Of a stretch of DNA of 64,000 nt, positions 1 through 43,387 are shown piece by piece. The stretch is from Chrysomallon squamiferum (lineage: Eukaryota; Animalia; Mollusca), in assembly GCA_012295275.1 (NCBI GenBank), contig CM022665.1:46562001-46626000 (forward strand). Direction: 5' to 3'. The position numbers were made by a program, and so were the translations under genes. Each line of letters starts with the position of its first letter. The first letter of the stretch is position 1. The notes under the pieces are model-generated. The model did not search any database. It saw only the letters and a program-made list of their open reading frames with translations, and was not told the DNA's origin.

Positions 1-504
1 TGACAATGCTATATTGCATAATATGGTTTCAGGACAATGGTATTGTATAATATTATGGTTTATTTTTAACAGGACTGATAATGTATAATATATAAAATTT
101 ATTTTTGACAGGACTGCAATATTGTATAATATAGTTTCAGGACTTTGATATTGTATAATAATATGGTTTGTTGTTTTACAGGACTGTAATATTGTATGAT
201 ATTAAGGTTTCAGGACTTTAATATTGTATAATATTATGGTTTATTGTTTTACAGGACTGATATTGTATAATATTATAGTTTATTGTTTTACAGGACTGAT
301 ATTGATAATATTATAGTTTATTGTTTTACAGGACTGTGATATTGATAATATTATAGTTTATTGTTTTACAGGACTTTGATATTGATAATATTATAGTTTA
401 TTGTTTTACAGGACTGTGATATTGATAATATTATAGTTTATTGTTTTACAGGACTTTGATATTGATAATATTATAGTTTATTGTTTTGCAGGACTGTGAT
501 ATTG
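1..504 (+). repeat. About 39-bp minisatellite containing the Parkin acceptor and exon start
   Basis: Unit ttattgttttacagGACTGTGATATTGataatattatagt. Confidence 0.92.
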
Positions 505-573
505 GACAGCAAAGTGTTCTTCATGCTTTTCACCAGAAACAGGAATCCGAGACTTCATCACTGTCTCTGACAG
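492..573 (+). CDS. PRKN: Parkin exon: Ubl C-terminus including the Ser65-equivalent
   Basis: ttgcag|GACTGT...ACAG|gtac; [27 protein letters not shown]. Confidence 0.9.
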
Positions 574-1173
574 GTACTTGGAAACACAGCACAGTTAGTT
601 CTTGTATCATAACACATTTCAGTTTGGATTTGAATTTTCTTCATTTTATTTATTTTATTTTAATTAATTAGGGTATTTTATTTTTAATTAATTAATTAAT
701 TTTATTTTTGATTGATTCATTTATTTCATTTTTAATTAATTTATTTTATTTTATTATTAATTAATTAATTTATTATAATTTTAATTTATTTATTTTATTT
801 TTAATTAATTAATTTATTATATTTTTAATTAATTAATTTGTTATATTTTTAATTAATTAATTTATTTATTTTTGATTTATTTATTTATTTATTTATTTAT
901 GTATTTATTTATTTATTTTAATATTAATTTCAAGTGTTATACTAGAATTTTATGTTTAGTTTATAAAACTGAATGTTTATATGTAAATAAAGGGAAAACC
1001 CTGTAATTTGTATAGAAATAAGTAGTTGGTTTGAAATCTGTGTTTCATTTGCTAAAATATTTTTGATGTAAAATAATTTCTTGTTGAACAGGCTATAAAA
1101 TATTTATCTTTATTTTCTTTCTTTCTTTCTTTCTTTATGTATCTCTATTTTGCTTTTAATTTACAGTTAATGA

Positions 1174-1211
<38 letters not shown>

Positions 1212-2168
1212 AGTATATAGATAGATAATTAAATATAATGTAAAAAAAAAAAAAAAAAAAAAAAAAAATTATTACCTTATGTTGAAATAAAATTTATATT
1301 TCTTTTATTAATTTATAACACATTATCTTATGGTTTTATTCATGTACTCTCTAATAATTTATATTTTTTCAGAGTCATCCACAAGAAATCAGTATTTTGT
1401 GTATTGTAAGCTGTGTAAAGCATTGAGACCTGCTAAACTCAGAGTAAAATGTGCCTTGTGCAAAGATGGAGCCTTTGTAGTGGACAGAGTGAGAATTTAG
1501 AAATATTTTTAAAAATTTAACAACCTTTTGATATATTCTGATGATTGGGTAATTTTTTCTTTCTTTTCTTTTTTTATCTTTGTTTTCCCTCTTTCTTTGT
1601 TTCATTCTTGTCAAGCTTATGATACATTTTGTAAACTTCCAAACAAAACAGTTTGGTTTGTTAAATGAGGCCAATCTTTGCAAACAATAAAGTACGACAA
1701 ATATGACAGTAACATATTTTTTTTTTTTTGAAAAATCAGATGGAATTGGTATTTATGATTATGCTAAAATATTTTTTTTTTTTTGTTAATTTAATTTAAT
1801 TTCATAGACCTTAAAGCTGTTATAAAAAAAATTAAAACTAAAAAGATAATTTAAAATGTTAAATAATTTAAATAGGGCCCCCAAAACTGGGATGATGTTC
1901 TGCAGTCAACAAGAATAAAAGGAACTTGTCAAAATATTTCTTGTCCTGGAGATACAGCGGTTTGTCCATCAATTTTTATTTATTAGAAAAATAAATATTT
2001 TTAATAAAATAATTTCAAATTTTAAATTTGTGATAATTCTAATGAAGTCATAATAATAATTGTAATAACAATAATAAGAACAAGAAGAAGAAGATGAACA
2101 ACAACAACAACAATTAAAATAACAGTAATAATTATTATAATAATATAATTTTATAACAAAAACTATAA

Positions 2169-2209
<41 letters not shown>

Positions 2210-2600
2210 ACAAGATGTTATATAATAATAATAATAAAGAAAATAAGTACTAACAGTAGTAAAAATTTAACTGATTGATGCTTGATTTTTTTGTTATTTA
2301 AACAGGAATTCCATTTCAAATGCACTGAGTCCCATATTGGTGATGTTCATGAAACAGCAGTGGTACTACAACATGTGTACCCAAACTGGTACAACGTCGA
2401 GTGTATCTGTTGTGCCACTGTAAGGTTTGTTGTTGTAGCTGCTGCTGCTTTTAAATCTGTTGTGTTTTTTAATTTCTTTTTTTTTTTTTACACTTACATT
2501 ATCAACTTCTATTTATAATTAATCCTAGCATTCTGTGTCTTCTTTTGTTTTGTTTTTCTGTCCTTTTTCTTCTTTTCTTTTCTTTCTTCTTCTTTTCTTT

Positions 2601-2659
<59 letters not shown>

Positions 2660-3568
2660 TTATGATTGTTTTCTTTCTGTTTTGTATGAAATATTTTCAT
2701 TTGTAACTTTTTAGTTCCATTAATTTTTTTCAATACTGTTTGTGTAGATTTCTTATTGGGTAAACTTTATTTTTGTCCATTTCTAAATAACAGTTTTTCT
2801 TTCAGTCATTATTAAATAAAATTACAATTAGATTATTGATTATTACATTCATGGACATATTTAGTTTACTCTTTCATTTTTATTATGCTTTTTCTGAAAA
2901 TAATTATTTTTATGAATTGTCCTTACAATCCTTGCTGAGTTCATATAATCAACCATTTAACAGAGTTACTTTCCTTTAAACATTAAATTATACCTGTTTT
3001 TTTATTCATAAATTTATTATTTTGCTTTTCTATTACTCTCATTTCTGATTAAAAGTTGTTGGAATTATTTCCCTTTGATCACAAAATTAAATTTAAACTT
3101 CTGGCATGGTTAGAGTTATGCCCCTTTATATCATTTTTAATCTAATTTTTAAATATAAACTGAACAGAATTTGTTACTTTACTGACAGATCACCTGTGTT
3201 GGTTTTCCCCTGTAAAGACGGCCATGTTTGTTGTTTGGACTGTTTCAAGTTGTATGGCATCATGAAACTGGATGAAAGGAGCTTTGTCAAACACGACATT
3301 TACACAATACCTTGTCCAGCAGGATGTCCAGACTCCTACATTAAGGAGAGTCACCATTTTCACCTGCTGGGTGATGATCAGGTACACGTCATTGTTTGAA
3401 AATACCAATTAACAGGTGTAAAATGCATCTGATCATTTGAAAGATTTTTTTATTTTTTTTTTTTTAATTTTTTTTATTTTATTTTTATTTTTTTATTTTT
3501 TTTTTTTTTTATTACTATTTTATTTTTTTAAATTTTATTTTCATTAATTATATGTATGTTTGTGTGTC

Positions 3569-3615
<47 letters not shown>

Positions 3616-6278
3616 TTATTTAATTTGGTTTTTTTTATTTTATATTAATTTACTTTTTATTATTATTATATTTTTTTTAATTTTAGCTTAATTTATTATG
3701 TTAATCTGTTTTGTCATTTTTATTTTTTATTTCAATTTTAAAAAAAATTATTTTGTTTTTTTTATTTTAATTTTTCTTTTTTATTACTTTTTTTTTTTAT
3801 TTATTACATTTTTATTTTTTTTTTAATTTACAATTTCTTCTTTTCATTTTTTTTTTTTTTTATTTTTTTATTTTATTTTATTTTTATTTCTTTTTCTTTA
3901 TTTATTTCATATCATTATTTTTATTTATTTCATTTGTTATTAACTTAATTCATTTCTTCCTGTTTTTATTTTAAATTTTTTTCTTTATTTTTATTTTATT
4001 TTTACTTTACATTACTTTACAGTATGAACGATACAATCTGTTTGCGACAGAAGAGTATGTTTTAAAAGACGGAGGGGTACTGTGTCCAGGACCTGGGTGT
4101 GGAATGGGGATGATGCTTGACCCCAATCAGAGGAAGGTTACCTGTGTGTCAAAAACCTGCCAGGTAAATAATCTACCTGAACATAATTTAATAAAAAATA
4201 ATTACTTCATAAAACAATCATCAAATTTTTTTTTTTAATTTCAGTCTTTGTACATTCTGGTTTCTATTACTTTTGTGATTTTAAAGATGCTTGCCACTTC
4301 ATAAAAAAGTTCAACAAAATTTTTAAATGTATATTCTAGTTCTTTTTAAGAACTTGTGATTTAAAAATGTTTGACACATCAAATTAGTGTTAACACTCAG
4401 ACATTAAAAAAAAAAAAAGGATACTGTGTCAGTTGTATCATTAGAGGTTTAGTTAAAGAATCAATAAAGTGGATTTTATTATTTTCTTGATCAGCATTGG
4501 GTAGGAGCTTATTCCAGAATTGGATAAACAAAAAAATAAAAACACAGGCATTAATAGTGGTGATGTTTGACTGTAATAACGTTTGTGAGAATGGTTTAAT
4601 GTGGACAGTCTGTTATTGGCATGGATGTTAATTATTTTATCAAGTTTTATTTTTTTTTTAAGAATAAAACATTTTTCAGATGACTTTTTGTCGTGATTGT
4701 CACAAAGAATATCATGAAGGTCCTTGTGAGACAGCAATGAGTGGTATATCTGAGGTAACCTAGCAACAGTTGCTTTTTTTTGTGTGTGTGAAGAAATAAA
4801 GAATGGAGGAATACAAAAAAAAATTTAAAATTTTTAATATTATTGCCATGTTTTTTTATTTATTCACTTGCACATAACTGATAATTAATCTTGCATTGTT
4901 TTCTAAATAATAATAAAAATAAATAAAAATAAAATAAGCAAATAAATAAATAAATTTATTTTTATTTGTCCCATTTTTATACTTAGATTCCCATTTCTGA
5001 TGTAGAAAAAGAGGTTTTTAATGTGTAAACTTTTAATGATTGTTTTAATATTGTTTTACTATTTACACAGACTTTTCTGATCAACCAAGAGCAGGCAGAG
5101 AGAGCAAGATGGGACAAGCAGTCAGAAACTGTGATCAGAGACACAACAAAACCCTGTCCACAGTGCAAAACAAGAACCGAACGAGATGGTTAGTAACTGT
5201 AGTCAAACTGTTAAAATTAATATAAGTAACTGTGGTCAAACTGTAAAAATTAATATAAGTAAGTGTGGTCAAACTATAAAAATGAATATACGTAACAAGT
5301 CAAACTATAAAATCTAATATAAGTATCTGGTCAGACTATAAAAATTAATATAAGTAACTGTAGTCAAACTAAAAATTAATATAAGTAAGGGTAGTCAAAC
5401 TATAAAAATTAATATAAGTAAGGGTGGTCAAACTATAAAAATGAATATATGTAACTGTAGTCAAACTATAAAAATTAATATAAATAACTAAACATTGTAG
5501 TCAAATTAGTTAATAACATATAACATGAGGAAAGGAGATTGTTAGTAACTGTAATCTTGTAAACAGTCAAACTATAGTTATATAATACTTAACACAAAGA
5601 GAAATGTAATTTTGTAATAATAAAACTATAGTTTAAAATATTTAATACAAAGGAAGGGAGATAATAATGGCAATCTTATAATAGTCAGAGTATAAAATAT
5701 AAGTAACTAATCAGTCAAAATATAGTTATAAAATATTTAACATGAGGAATGGCAATGTTTAATGACTGTAATCTTGTTATAGTCAAACTTCAGTTATAAA
5801 ATATTTAACATTAGGAAGAAAGATGTACTCTTGTAATAGTCAAACTGTAATTATAAAAGTACATTTTTTTTTCCTGTTTTTTCTCAATTCAAATTTAATT
5901 ACTTATGTCAAGACTTGAATTTTACATTAGTTTTTTCATCTGGAAAGCAATTAGTTCTGTTTATTTATTTATTTTATTTTTTCAATTTTATTTTTTTATT
6001 TTTTTTATTTTTAAAGCTGTTTCTTACATAAATGTGGACATATATATTACATTACGTCAAAATGATCTCTAGCTCTATATAGATTACTACCTTTATTATT
6101 ATTATTATTATTATTACTATTTTTTATTATTTATTTGTTTTTTAAACAACTTATATACATTTCATTGATTACAGGAGGTTGCATGCATATGACGTGTACA
6201 TTCTGCAAACTGGAGTGGTGTTGGTTGTGTCAAAAACCGTGGGATAATGACTGCGTGTCTGACCACTGGTTTGGGTAA
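492..6278 (+). CDS. PRKN: E3 ubiquitin ligase Parkin (RBR family), 5'-partial, 9 exons in window
   Basis: Exons 492-573, 1373-1488, 1876-1959, 2306-2424, 3189-3381, 4023-4163, 4680-4754, 5071-5188, 6175-6278, all GT-AG and phase-consistent. They encode the Ubl end ([11 protein letters not shown]), RING0 ([13 protein letters not shown]; EFHFKC), RING1, IBR, REP (RW) and RING2 (GGCMHM..DHWFG*). Confidence 0.96.
1373..1488 (+). CDS. PRKN: Parkin exon: RING0
   Basis: [38 protein letters not shown]; ttcag / gtgag. Confidence 0.92.
1876..1959 (+). CDS. PRKN: Parkin exon: RING0
   Basis: [28 protein letters not shown]; phase 0/0. Confidence 0.92.
2306..2424 (+). CDS. PRKN: Parkin exon: RING0 to RING1
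   Basis: [10 protein letters not shown]...VECICCATV; aacag / gtttgt. Confidence 0.92.
3189..3381 (+). CDS. PRKN: Parkin exon: RING1
   Basis: [19 protein letters not shown]...[24 protein letters not shown]. Confidence 0.95.
4023..4163 (+). CDS. PRKN: Parkin exon: IBR
   Basis: [29 protein letters not shown]...VTCVSKTCQ. Confidence 0.93.
4680..4754 (+). CDS. PRKN: Parkin exon: IBR end
   Basis: [25 protein letters not shown]. Confidence 0.9.
5071..5188 (+). CDS. PRKN: Parkin exon: REP and RING2 start
   Basis: [39 protein letters not shown]. Confidence 0.93.
5189..5860 (+). repeat. About 39-bp and then about 60-bp degenerate tandem repeats starting at the Parkin donor
   Basis: Recurrent gtaactgtagtcaaactataaaa. 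Confidence 0.85.
6175..6278 (+). CDS. PRKN: Parkin terminal exon: catalytic RING2
   Basis: [34 protein letters not shown] (catalytic Cys in GGCMH). Confidence 0.95.
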
Positions 6279-6324
6279 GATTTTGCTCAAATGAAGACAA
6301 ATACAGAACTTTTATATAATTACA

Positions 6325-6930
6325 ATCAAACTTGTTAGAAAATATTTAACATGAGGAAGAGAGATGTGGTTAGTGTCTGTAATCTTGTAATAGTCAAACT
6401 TCCAGTTATTTATCATTAAGATGTATTCTTGTAATACTCAAATTACAGTTATGAAATTTTTTAACATAAGAGAAATGTAGTCTCGTAATAGTCAAACTAC
6501 AGTTATAAAATATTAAAGCATTAAGAAAAGAAACGTGTTCTTGTAATAGTCAAGCTGTAGTTTTAAAATATTTAACAAGAGGATGAGAAATGTTATCTTG
6601 TAATAGCCTAAATATAGTTGTAAAATATTTAACTCAAGGAAGAGAGATGGTTAGTGACTTTAATCTTATGATAGTCAAACTACAGTTGTAAAATATTTAA
6701 CATTAAGAAGAGAAATATATTTTTGTAATAGTCAAACTAGTTATAGACTGTTAAACATGAGGAAGAGAGATGGTTAGTGACTTTAATCTTATAACAGTCA
6801 GACTACAGTTATAAAATATTTAACATTAAGAAGAGAAATGTATTCTTGTAACAGTCACACTGTAGTTTTAAAATATTTAACAAGAGGATGAGAGATATTA
6901 TCTTGTAATAGTCAAACTATAGTTATAAAA
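6325..6930 (+). repeat. Same repeat family downstream of the Parkin stop codon
   Basis: Recurrent aatagtcaaactacagttataaaatatttaaca and gagatggttagt. Confidence 0.85.
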
Positions 6931-9900
6931 TATAAGAAACTGAAAGAATTACTTAATTATTAATTAAGATAATAGGTGTACCCTTAGTATTTAAAACATT
7001 TTATATCTGCTTGGTTCTGGTACTATGCTACTTACTATATACTCACACATTATCCTGGTAATAGATTGGTTTGAAATATCTATAGCAGTAACTTTTTTAA
7101 GAGAATAATCTGCTTGGGTGTTTTTAGCATATATTTTCTAAGTTAATGTATTATGGCTGAAACTCTGGGATTGTGAATTGTAGATTTAGAATGAGATTAA
7201 TTTTGTGGATCATAATTTTATAATTCTTTACTGTGAATTATAAATCAGGAGTGATATTAATTTTGTTGATTTGAATGTAACAAATATTTTTTACTCTAGA
7301 ATGGAAATCTCATTTTATATAATTAACTCATTTTTAATTTAATACTTTTTTTTTAGCTCTAGAATGGAAATCTTGTTTTTACATAATAATTAACTCGTGT
7401 TTTATTTATTTGCAAATGAATTTCTGTGATAGTGATATAAAAACGTAACTGCTTAGAAACAAAAAATATTTATTGTGTGAAGGAATGAATGACTGAAATA
7501 TACAGTGCTAAAATAAAAATATATTTTGTTCTCTGCATTTTGTTTTCCATACTTAAGAATAAAGATAATTTTCCATTGCTTGCATATTATGTTTTTAGGA
7601 ATGGCCATTACAAAATGTCAGGTTCTTTTAATATATATTAAGTATTATTAATTTGTTAAAGATTTTATATATATATATTGGTGCAGTAATTCTGCTACTT
7701 GTTTAAGCCGGCAACAAGAAATTTATTACACATTGTCTTTCACACAGACTGAAGCATATAACATCACATGATATACCAGTTGGAAACCATGGTCAGATTG
7801 GGAAATAAGCTGGCAAGCTGGCAAGCTGACTAAGGAGAGAACTGATCCCATAACTAGTCACATTAATTTAAGTTTTCAAATCTATTTTCATAAAATGAAA
7901 GGAAAAAACCAAAAAAAAAAAAACCATTTTTTTTATGTATCTTACACTTTAATATTAAGTATTTCTTTTCCTTACCGATAACAAAATATTCTTCTCGTGG
8001 TATGAAAATATGTAAAAACATTGATCGTTAACATTAAATAACAAAATTACTATTTCACAACAATTTTAGGTTGGTGATTAAAAAAAAAACACAACAACAA
8101 CAACCAGTATGTGAAATTTTAAAACTTACGAAATAGCAGCACTGTTGTCAATTAGTAAGGGAATTTGTAACAATGATTTGTTCAGAACAGTCAACATGCT
8201 TTTGTCACGTAACCTGATTAAAATGATTCGTTTTTGTTCACAGTGTAAAACATTCACATTTTCATCTCGTTAAAACAGAGGAAGCCTTCTTTATCACTGA
8301 TTTGTCACATTCACAAATTCAAATGGCTGTAAATTCTTTACAGTTCGTGTGAAAATTTAAAAAATTAAAATTACCAGTGTATAAAAGTGATGGGGAGCAT
8401 CATTAAATGTTACGATTTCACAAGTTCAAACAAATCCTTCATAGTTCGTATGAAAATTTAAAAAATACCAATATACCAACAGTTATTATTGTAAGCATCA
8501 GAAAATGTGACAGTTTCACAAATTCAGATGGTTATAAAGTCTTCATAATTGATATAAATGAAAGTAAAAAAAGTTTAATAAATACAGAACCTTTATGATT
8601 TTGAATATCGACAACTGAACATTGAATTTTATTTCTTAACATAGGAATTCCAGTGACTGATTGTTTGCAATGTTCTACAAACTTGTAAACAAAAAATATC
8701 GACCAGGATTATTTAAACTGAATTTTAAGCTTTCACATGCTTTTTTAAAAAAAAAATAATAACAACAACAACAACAACAACAAAAAACAAATGATATCTA
8801 CATTTCCATTTAAATTCATGGTTCAAAAAATGAAAAAAAAAAAAAAAAAAAAATGATAATAATAATTGTGGTGATATCAAAAGCAGAACTTTATGTATAA
8901 CTGACTAAATGAAATACAAATAAAATATACCAGTAACCCCTACAAGATGGAATGTTAGCACCAAACATGATTATAACTGATGCTCAGTATTTATATACTT
9001 TGTTAAAAATAAATTAGTTAAAAAAACAATAGTAAAAAATTATTTTAACATTTTTCCAATCAAAAAAAAAAAAAAAAAAAAAAAAAGAAAAGAAGAGGTA
9101 ATAAATATTATGTTACAGAATTAAAAAACAAAATTATTATTAAAAAAACCCCATCCTTATACTGTCTTTAGTCCTAAATTTTTTTATGTCATATTCATTC
9201 ACACTTAAAAATAAATAAATAAATCTGAGAATACTTAACTAGATTTAAGTAAAATGAGGTACAGATAAAGCAATTTAACAGGTTTAAAAAAAATTAAATT
9301 AATTATATTCTATAAGTGTTAATAAAATATTTTACACAGAAAACATTCAACAATTACTGATACACATTTATGTATGAGCAACCACTGTTTATCATTGAAA
9401 TTAATGTTTATGTTTTCATTTATGCAAATCAAGAACTGGATGCCTGAACCATTACTGCTGTAATCATAATAATTTTACTTGATCCTAAATGGTTTGTTTT
9501 TTATGTTTTTAATAATAATAATGATGATGATAACGATAATAATATGGAGAATCTGAATCACCTAATGTCAAATTATCTGGAGATACTGGGTTTTATTTCT
9601 TGAGCATTTAATCACTGTATTTGTATATGTGGATATATATATATATATATATATATCCAAGAAAAAAAGAAAACCCAGAAATGTCTTAATGATTTGTAAG
9701 AAAGTGTTCACTTTTTATAATCTATCTTACAATGATGTCTTTGACAGGAATGCATCTTGCATATCTCCACTGGCTTATTGTTATTTTCAAGACGTAATTC
9801 AGTATTAAGTGTTTACCAACCTTTGCAAGTAATAAAGTATAAAAAAAAAAAAAAATGGGAAAGTTTGTTTTGAGGCTGCTATTTTTTTCCTGTCATTAAG

Positions 9901-11665
9901 TACTCTGTAAAACATGTTTAAAAAATAAAAAAATGATAATAATAATCCAGTAAATCCCCCCCAAACCCCCACCCCACAACAAATATATCTGAATTATTTA
10001 ATAATTTTTACGAATTTCTGATATCAAAAAAGATGGGATGATATAACAGCAGGCAGGAATGTCTTTTTGGTGGTCATTTTAACATTTAAATACTAGAGAA
10101 AATTAATGATTTGAAAAAAAAAATCATATGCAGATTTTACAAAAATTATGCCATAATTATGTAATTTTAGTAAGTTCATGAGATTTAATTTTAAGAAAGT
10201 GGGGAAAAAAAAAAAAGACTTAAACATTTTAAAACATTTTATTAACAAAATTTTAAATGTTAAGTTATTTAAACTGCTATTGCACCAAAATCAAATTATA
10301 TAAAATCTTTGTGATTAAAAAAAAATTAAAAAAATTTTTGGCATTGGGGTTTGATATATTTTATTGATATAAACCTATAAAAATGTGAAATGACCAGTAC
10401 AAAACATTAAAAAAAAAAAGTGTAACTGATGTTTAAAAAAAATGAAAGTAAAACTGAATTTTACAATTTTTGTACAAATAATTGTGAAATGTTTTCTTGA
10501 CAATCAAATTTTAAACTCTAAATGGGTAAATCTGATGTGAAATTCTTTTTAATAATAATAAAAAAAAGTATATTATGTATAAAACTAATATTCTAAATAA
10601 AACTGATTAGTTAACTCAATAATACCTCAATTATTGAAATTCATTTTTGTCTGCTAAAAAAAATAAAAAATAAAATAAATATCTATTTTTTACATATATA
10701 TATATATATATTATTTAGCAAAATAATAAATAAATAAAAATAAGAAAAGATTAGAATTTTTTTTCAACATAATTATCTTTTATGTATTGTGACAATATAT
10801 ATATATATATATAGCAAAATAATAAATAAATAAAAATAACAAAATAATTAAATTTTTTTTTTTTTTTTCCCCAACAGAAAATCCTTATATGCATTGTGAC
10901 AGTTCTGTAAGTTGTCCTTATTTTGAATTCTAATCTTGGCTAACCAATTTTTAAATATATATATAAAAAAAAAATAATAATAACAAAAAAACACAAACAA
11001 TTATGCAGTTTTAAAATGTTTCCTTTTTAAATAAGAAATTCACAAACAAAATAAAGCTTTCAAATTTATATGCAAACATCCCAATTATATTTACAACTAT
11101 ATATTAATTCAAAAAATAAAAACGATGAAACATTGGATGCATGGCACCGTTTAAAATACTGCTTTATGCAGTTGCCTGTAACAAACACTATTTAAAAAAA
11201 AATAATAATAATAAAATAAATTAAAAAAGAAAAAAAAAAATCTGATGTCATCACTGATTTTTTAAAGTGTAATAGTCTAGGCAACAAACAGAAATATCAC
11301 ATATTTTTGTATGAAAAATATTTTAAAAGATGATTTAGTCAACTGAATAATAGTAAACTTTGTTTACTAAAAACATTTTTTCTTCTTTCACCAAAAAAAA
11401 ATAAACACTGATGCATCCTGCCCTCTGATTGGCTCATCCAGCTTTGCTAAAGCCAATGACAAGAGCTGTTTCATCCACTGTCCTCTTATTACTTTCACTG
11501 CAATATATATATATTAGCTCATATACAATCACATTTTTTTGTTTTGTTTTTTTCGTTAGCTGCTCTCTGTGGTGCTTTGTGAATTAAATTCTGCAGTGTT
11601 TTTTTCTTTTCTTTCTTTGACACGACACTATTTCCTAAAACGTACTTAAAAACACACTTCAAACA

Positions 11666-23281
<11,616 letters not shown>

Positions 23282-23466
23282 CTAACAAAAAAAAAAAAAA
23301 AAAAATTAAAAAAAAATAAATAATAAAAAAAAATATTCATAATGAATTAATAACATTTTATTTACATTTTTTTTCACCATTTTTAAAAAAGTTATAAAAT
23401 TTCTTAGTAGTGTGTGAGCATTTTTTAAAGGTATATAATTAAAATATTTTTTGTTTTTTAACTCAC

Positions 23467-23485
23467 TTGTGAAACATGCCTTCAT
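23467..23485 (-). CDS. Possible MORC first coding exon (tentative)
   Basis: ATG..CACAA followed by a strong gtgagt donor. Only the ATG TTT CAC AA frame joins the next exon in phase. Confidence 0.35.
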
Positions 23486-23743
23486 TTTGGCAGTTTAAAA
23501 TAAAAGATTGTTAAATTTTACTTTATATTAGCCATTATTAATGGAATATATTTTTTTTCTTTTAAAGATGTGTTTTTGTTCACTTAATTAAACAGTTACA
23601 TAACTGTAATATTATTTGTCTTCTAATTGTTTACAAATCAGCATGTATCTATATAATTAAAAAATTTAATTAGTGACACATTTTATGTCTGTAATAATAG
23701 ATATAGCTTGAAAAACTGGATTAATAAAAATCATATACTTTTT

Positions 23744-23776
<33 letters not shown>

Positions 23777-23899
23777 TATTGAAAATTTAATATTCATGTT
23801 CATTATTTTAATAAATACAATGTTATCTTTTAAAATCAAACATTTGAGGTATGTTCTGTTTTAAATCTGTGTTAAACCAAAGCGAAAAATGTCACTTAT

Positions 23900-24079
23900 T
23901 TGTTGTTGTAATGATTATGTTATCATTCCCTACAATGGAAAATAGGTCACAGTTTCAGTTGGTTGTTGTGGTTGTGACGTTAAGAACGTAGGCTGCACTA
24001 ACTTTATACTTGCAGAAGTGATAAAATGTCCTATGTAATATTCACAACAAAAGAACTTTTTTAACTTCAAAAAAAAAAA

Positions 24080-24116
<37 letters not shown>

Positions 24117-25022
24117 TTTAATCTGATCAACGCGTATTGTTACTTAATAATAATATACATCAGTTTCAGGGTCACATTAACAAACGGTTTTAAGCATGCG
24201 AATATCTATTATAAATATAATTATAAATAAATGGAATAACTTAAATTAATAAATAAATAAATAAATAAACAATATAATGAAAGTGTTTCTGTGCAGATCG
24301 GAAACACTGGACTGAGTCTCTAAGTGATAAACTGAAACAGAAACGGGAAGTAAATCATGTGGGAATAAGATTTCAGAACCCTGAATGCGAATCGAGAATA
24401 CTCGGAATTAAAATCGGTGGCGAAACGAATACTATTCCCAGGATCAGTTATTAAACTACATGAATTATTCAGCAGCTTGTAAGATATTGAGCTGAAATGC
24501 AAGAACAAATAAGTATCTAAAAATATACGTAGCCATTAAAATTGTGTACATAATCACCATTCATACTGTTAAAAATAACACTCACTTTACTTCTTGAAAT
24601 TCCCACATCGTACGCCATTTTTGTTAGTGTCACTTTACCGAGATATGACGATGTCGAAGGGAGGATATATTATATTCCCTTTGCTCTCAGTATTTATTAG
24701 AAAATTTCCTACAAAGAAAATACAGTGTAACATAAATGTTTTGCTAAATTTATCCATGTCAGTGGTTTGTAACTGTTCATGCTATAACGATAAATGTAAG
24801 TGTTTAATTGTTGAATTTGAAACATATCCCTTTCGTTTCACACGTTGAATTTTCCCCATCAGACGTTGAGAGGGCGCTGCCTTCAGGAAAAACAAAAGCC
24901 GACGAGTTTGATTCGTAGATTGTGACTCGCAACTTGTCAGTCACGTAGTGTGATTCGCAAACTGTTATCGTCAGTAACTTCCTGCGCTAGCAGACGCTGT
25001 TTCTAGTAATATAATAGCCTCG
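23900..25022. promoter_or_regulatory. Putative bidirectional promoter region, MORC(-)/SETD4(+)
   Basis: Short divergent spacer that is visibly CpG-richer than the introns; ETS-like ACTTCCTG (about 24978) and GGAAGT (about 24346); AGAGGGCGC motif (about 24869). Confidence 0.5.
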
Positions 25023-42874
<17,852 letters not shown>

Positions 42875-43157
42875 TAGAAAATATATACATGTAAAGATAG
42901 ATAGATTGCCATACAGTTGCCTGAATTATACCATCTATGGTATTATAATAAAAATTCTATTTTTATTATTATTTTATTTTATAAATTTAAGAAAAAAAAA
43001 ATAATATTTTACTTTATTTCATTGTATTATGTTTTTTAATGATTTTTTTTTTTTTCTTACATTATTTTTATTTATATATTTTATTTTATTTGGGTTTTTT
43101 TTAAACTCCCCCCCCCTTTTTGACATTATGACTTTCATATTTTAATTAATATTCTTA

Positions 43158-43197
<40 letters not shown>

Positions 43198-43348
43198 TAT
43201 TATTATTATATTTTTATTTTGCAAAATAACAAAATAATTAGTAGCAAACTGTTTTAAAAAGACTCATACATCAAATAATGGAGATCATTTATCTATTCTA
43301 ATTTTTTTTTTTTTTTTTTTTTTTTTGGATGGGGGATTTTAAAATATT

Positions 43349-43387
<39 letters not shown>

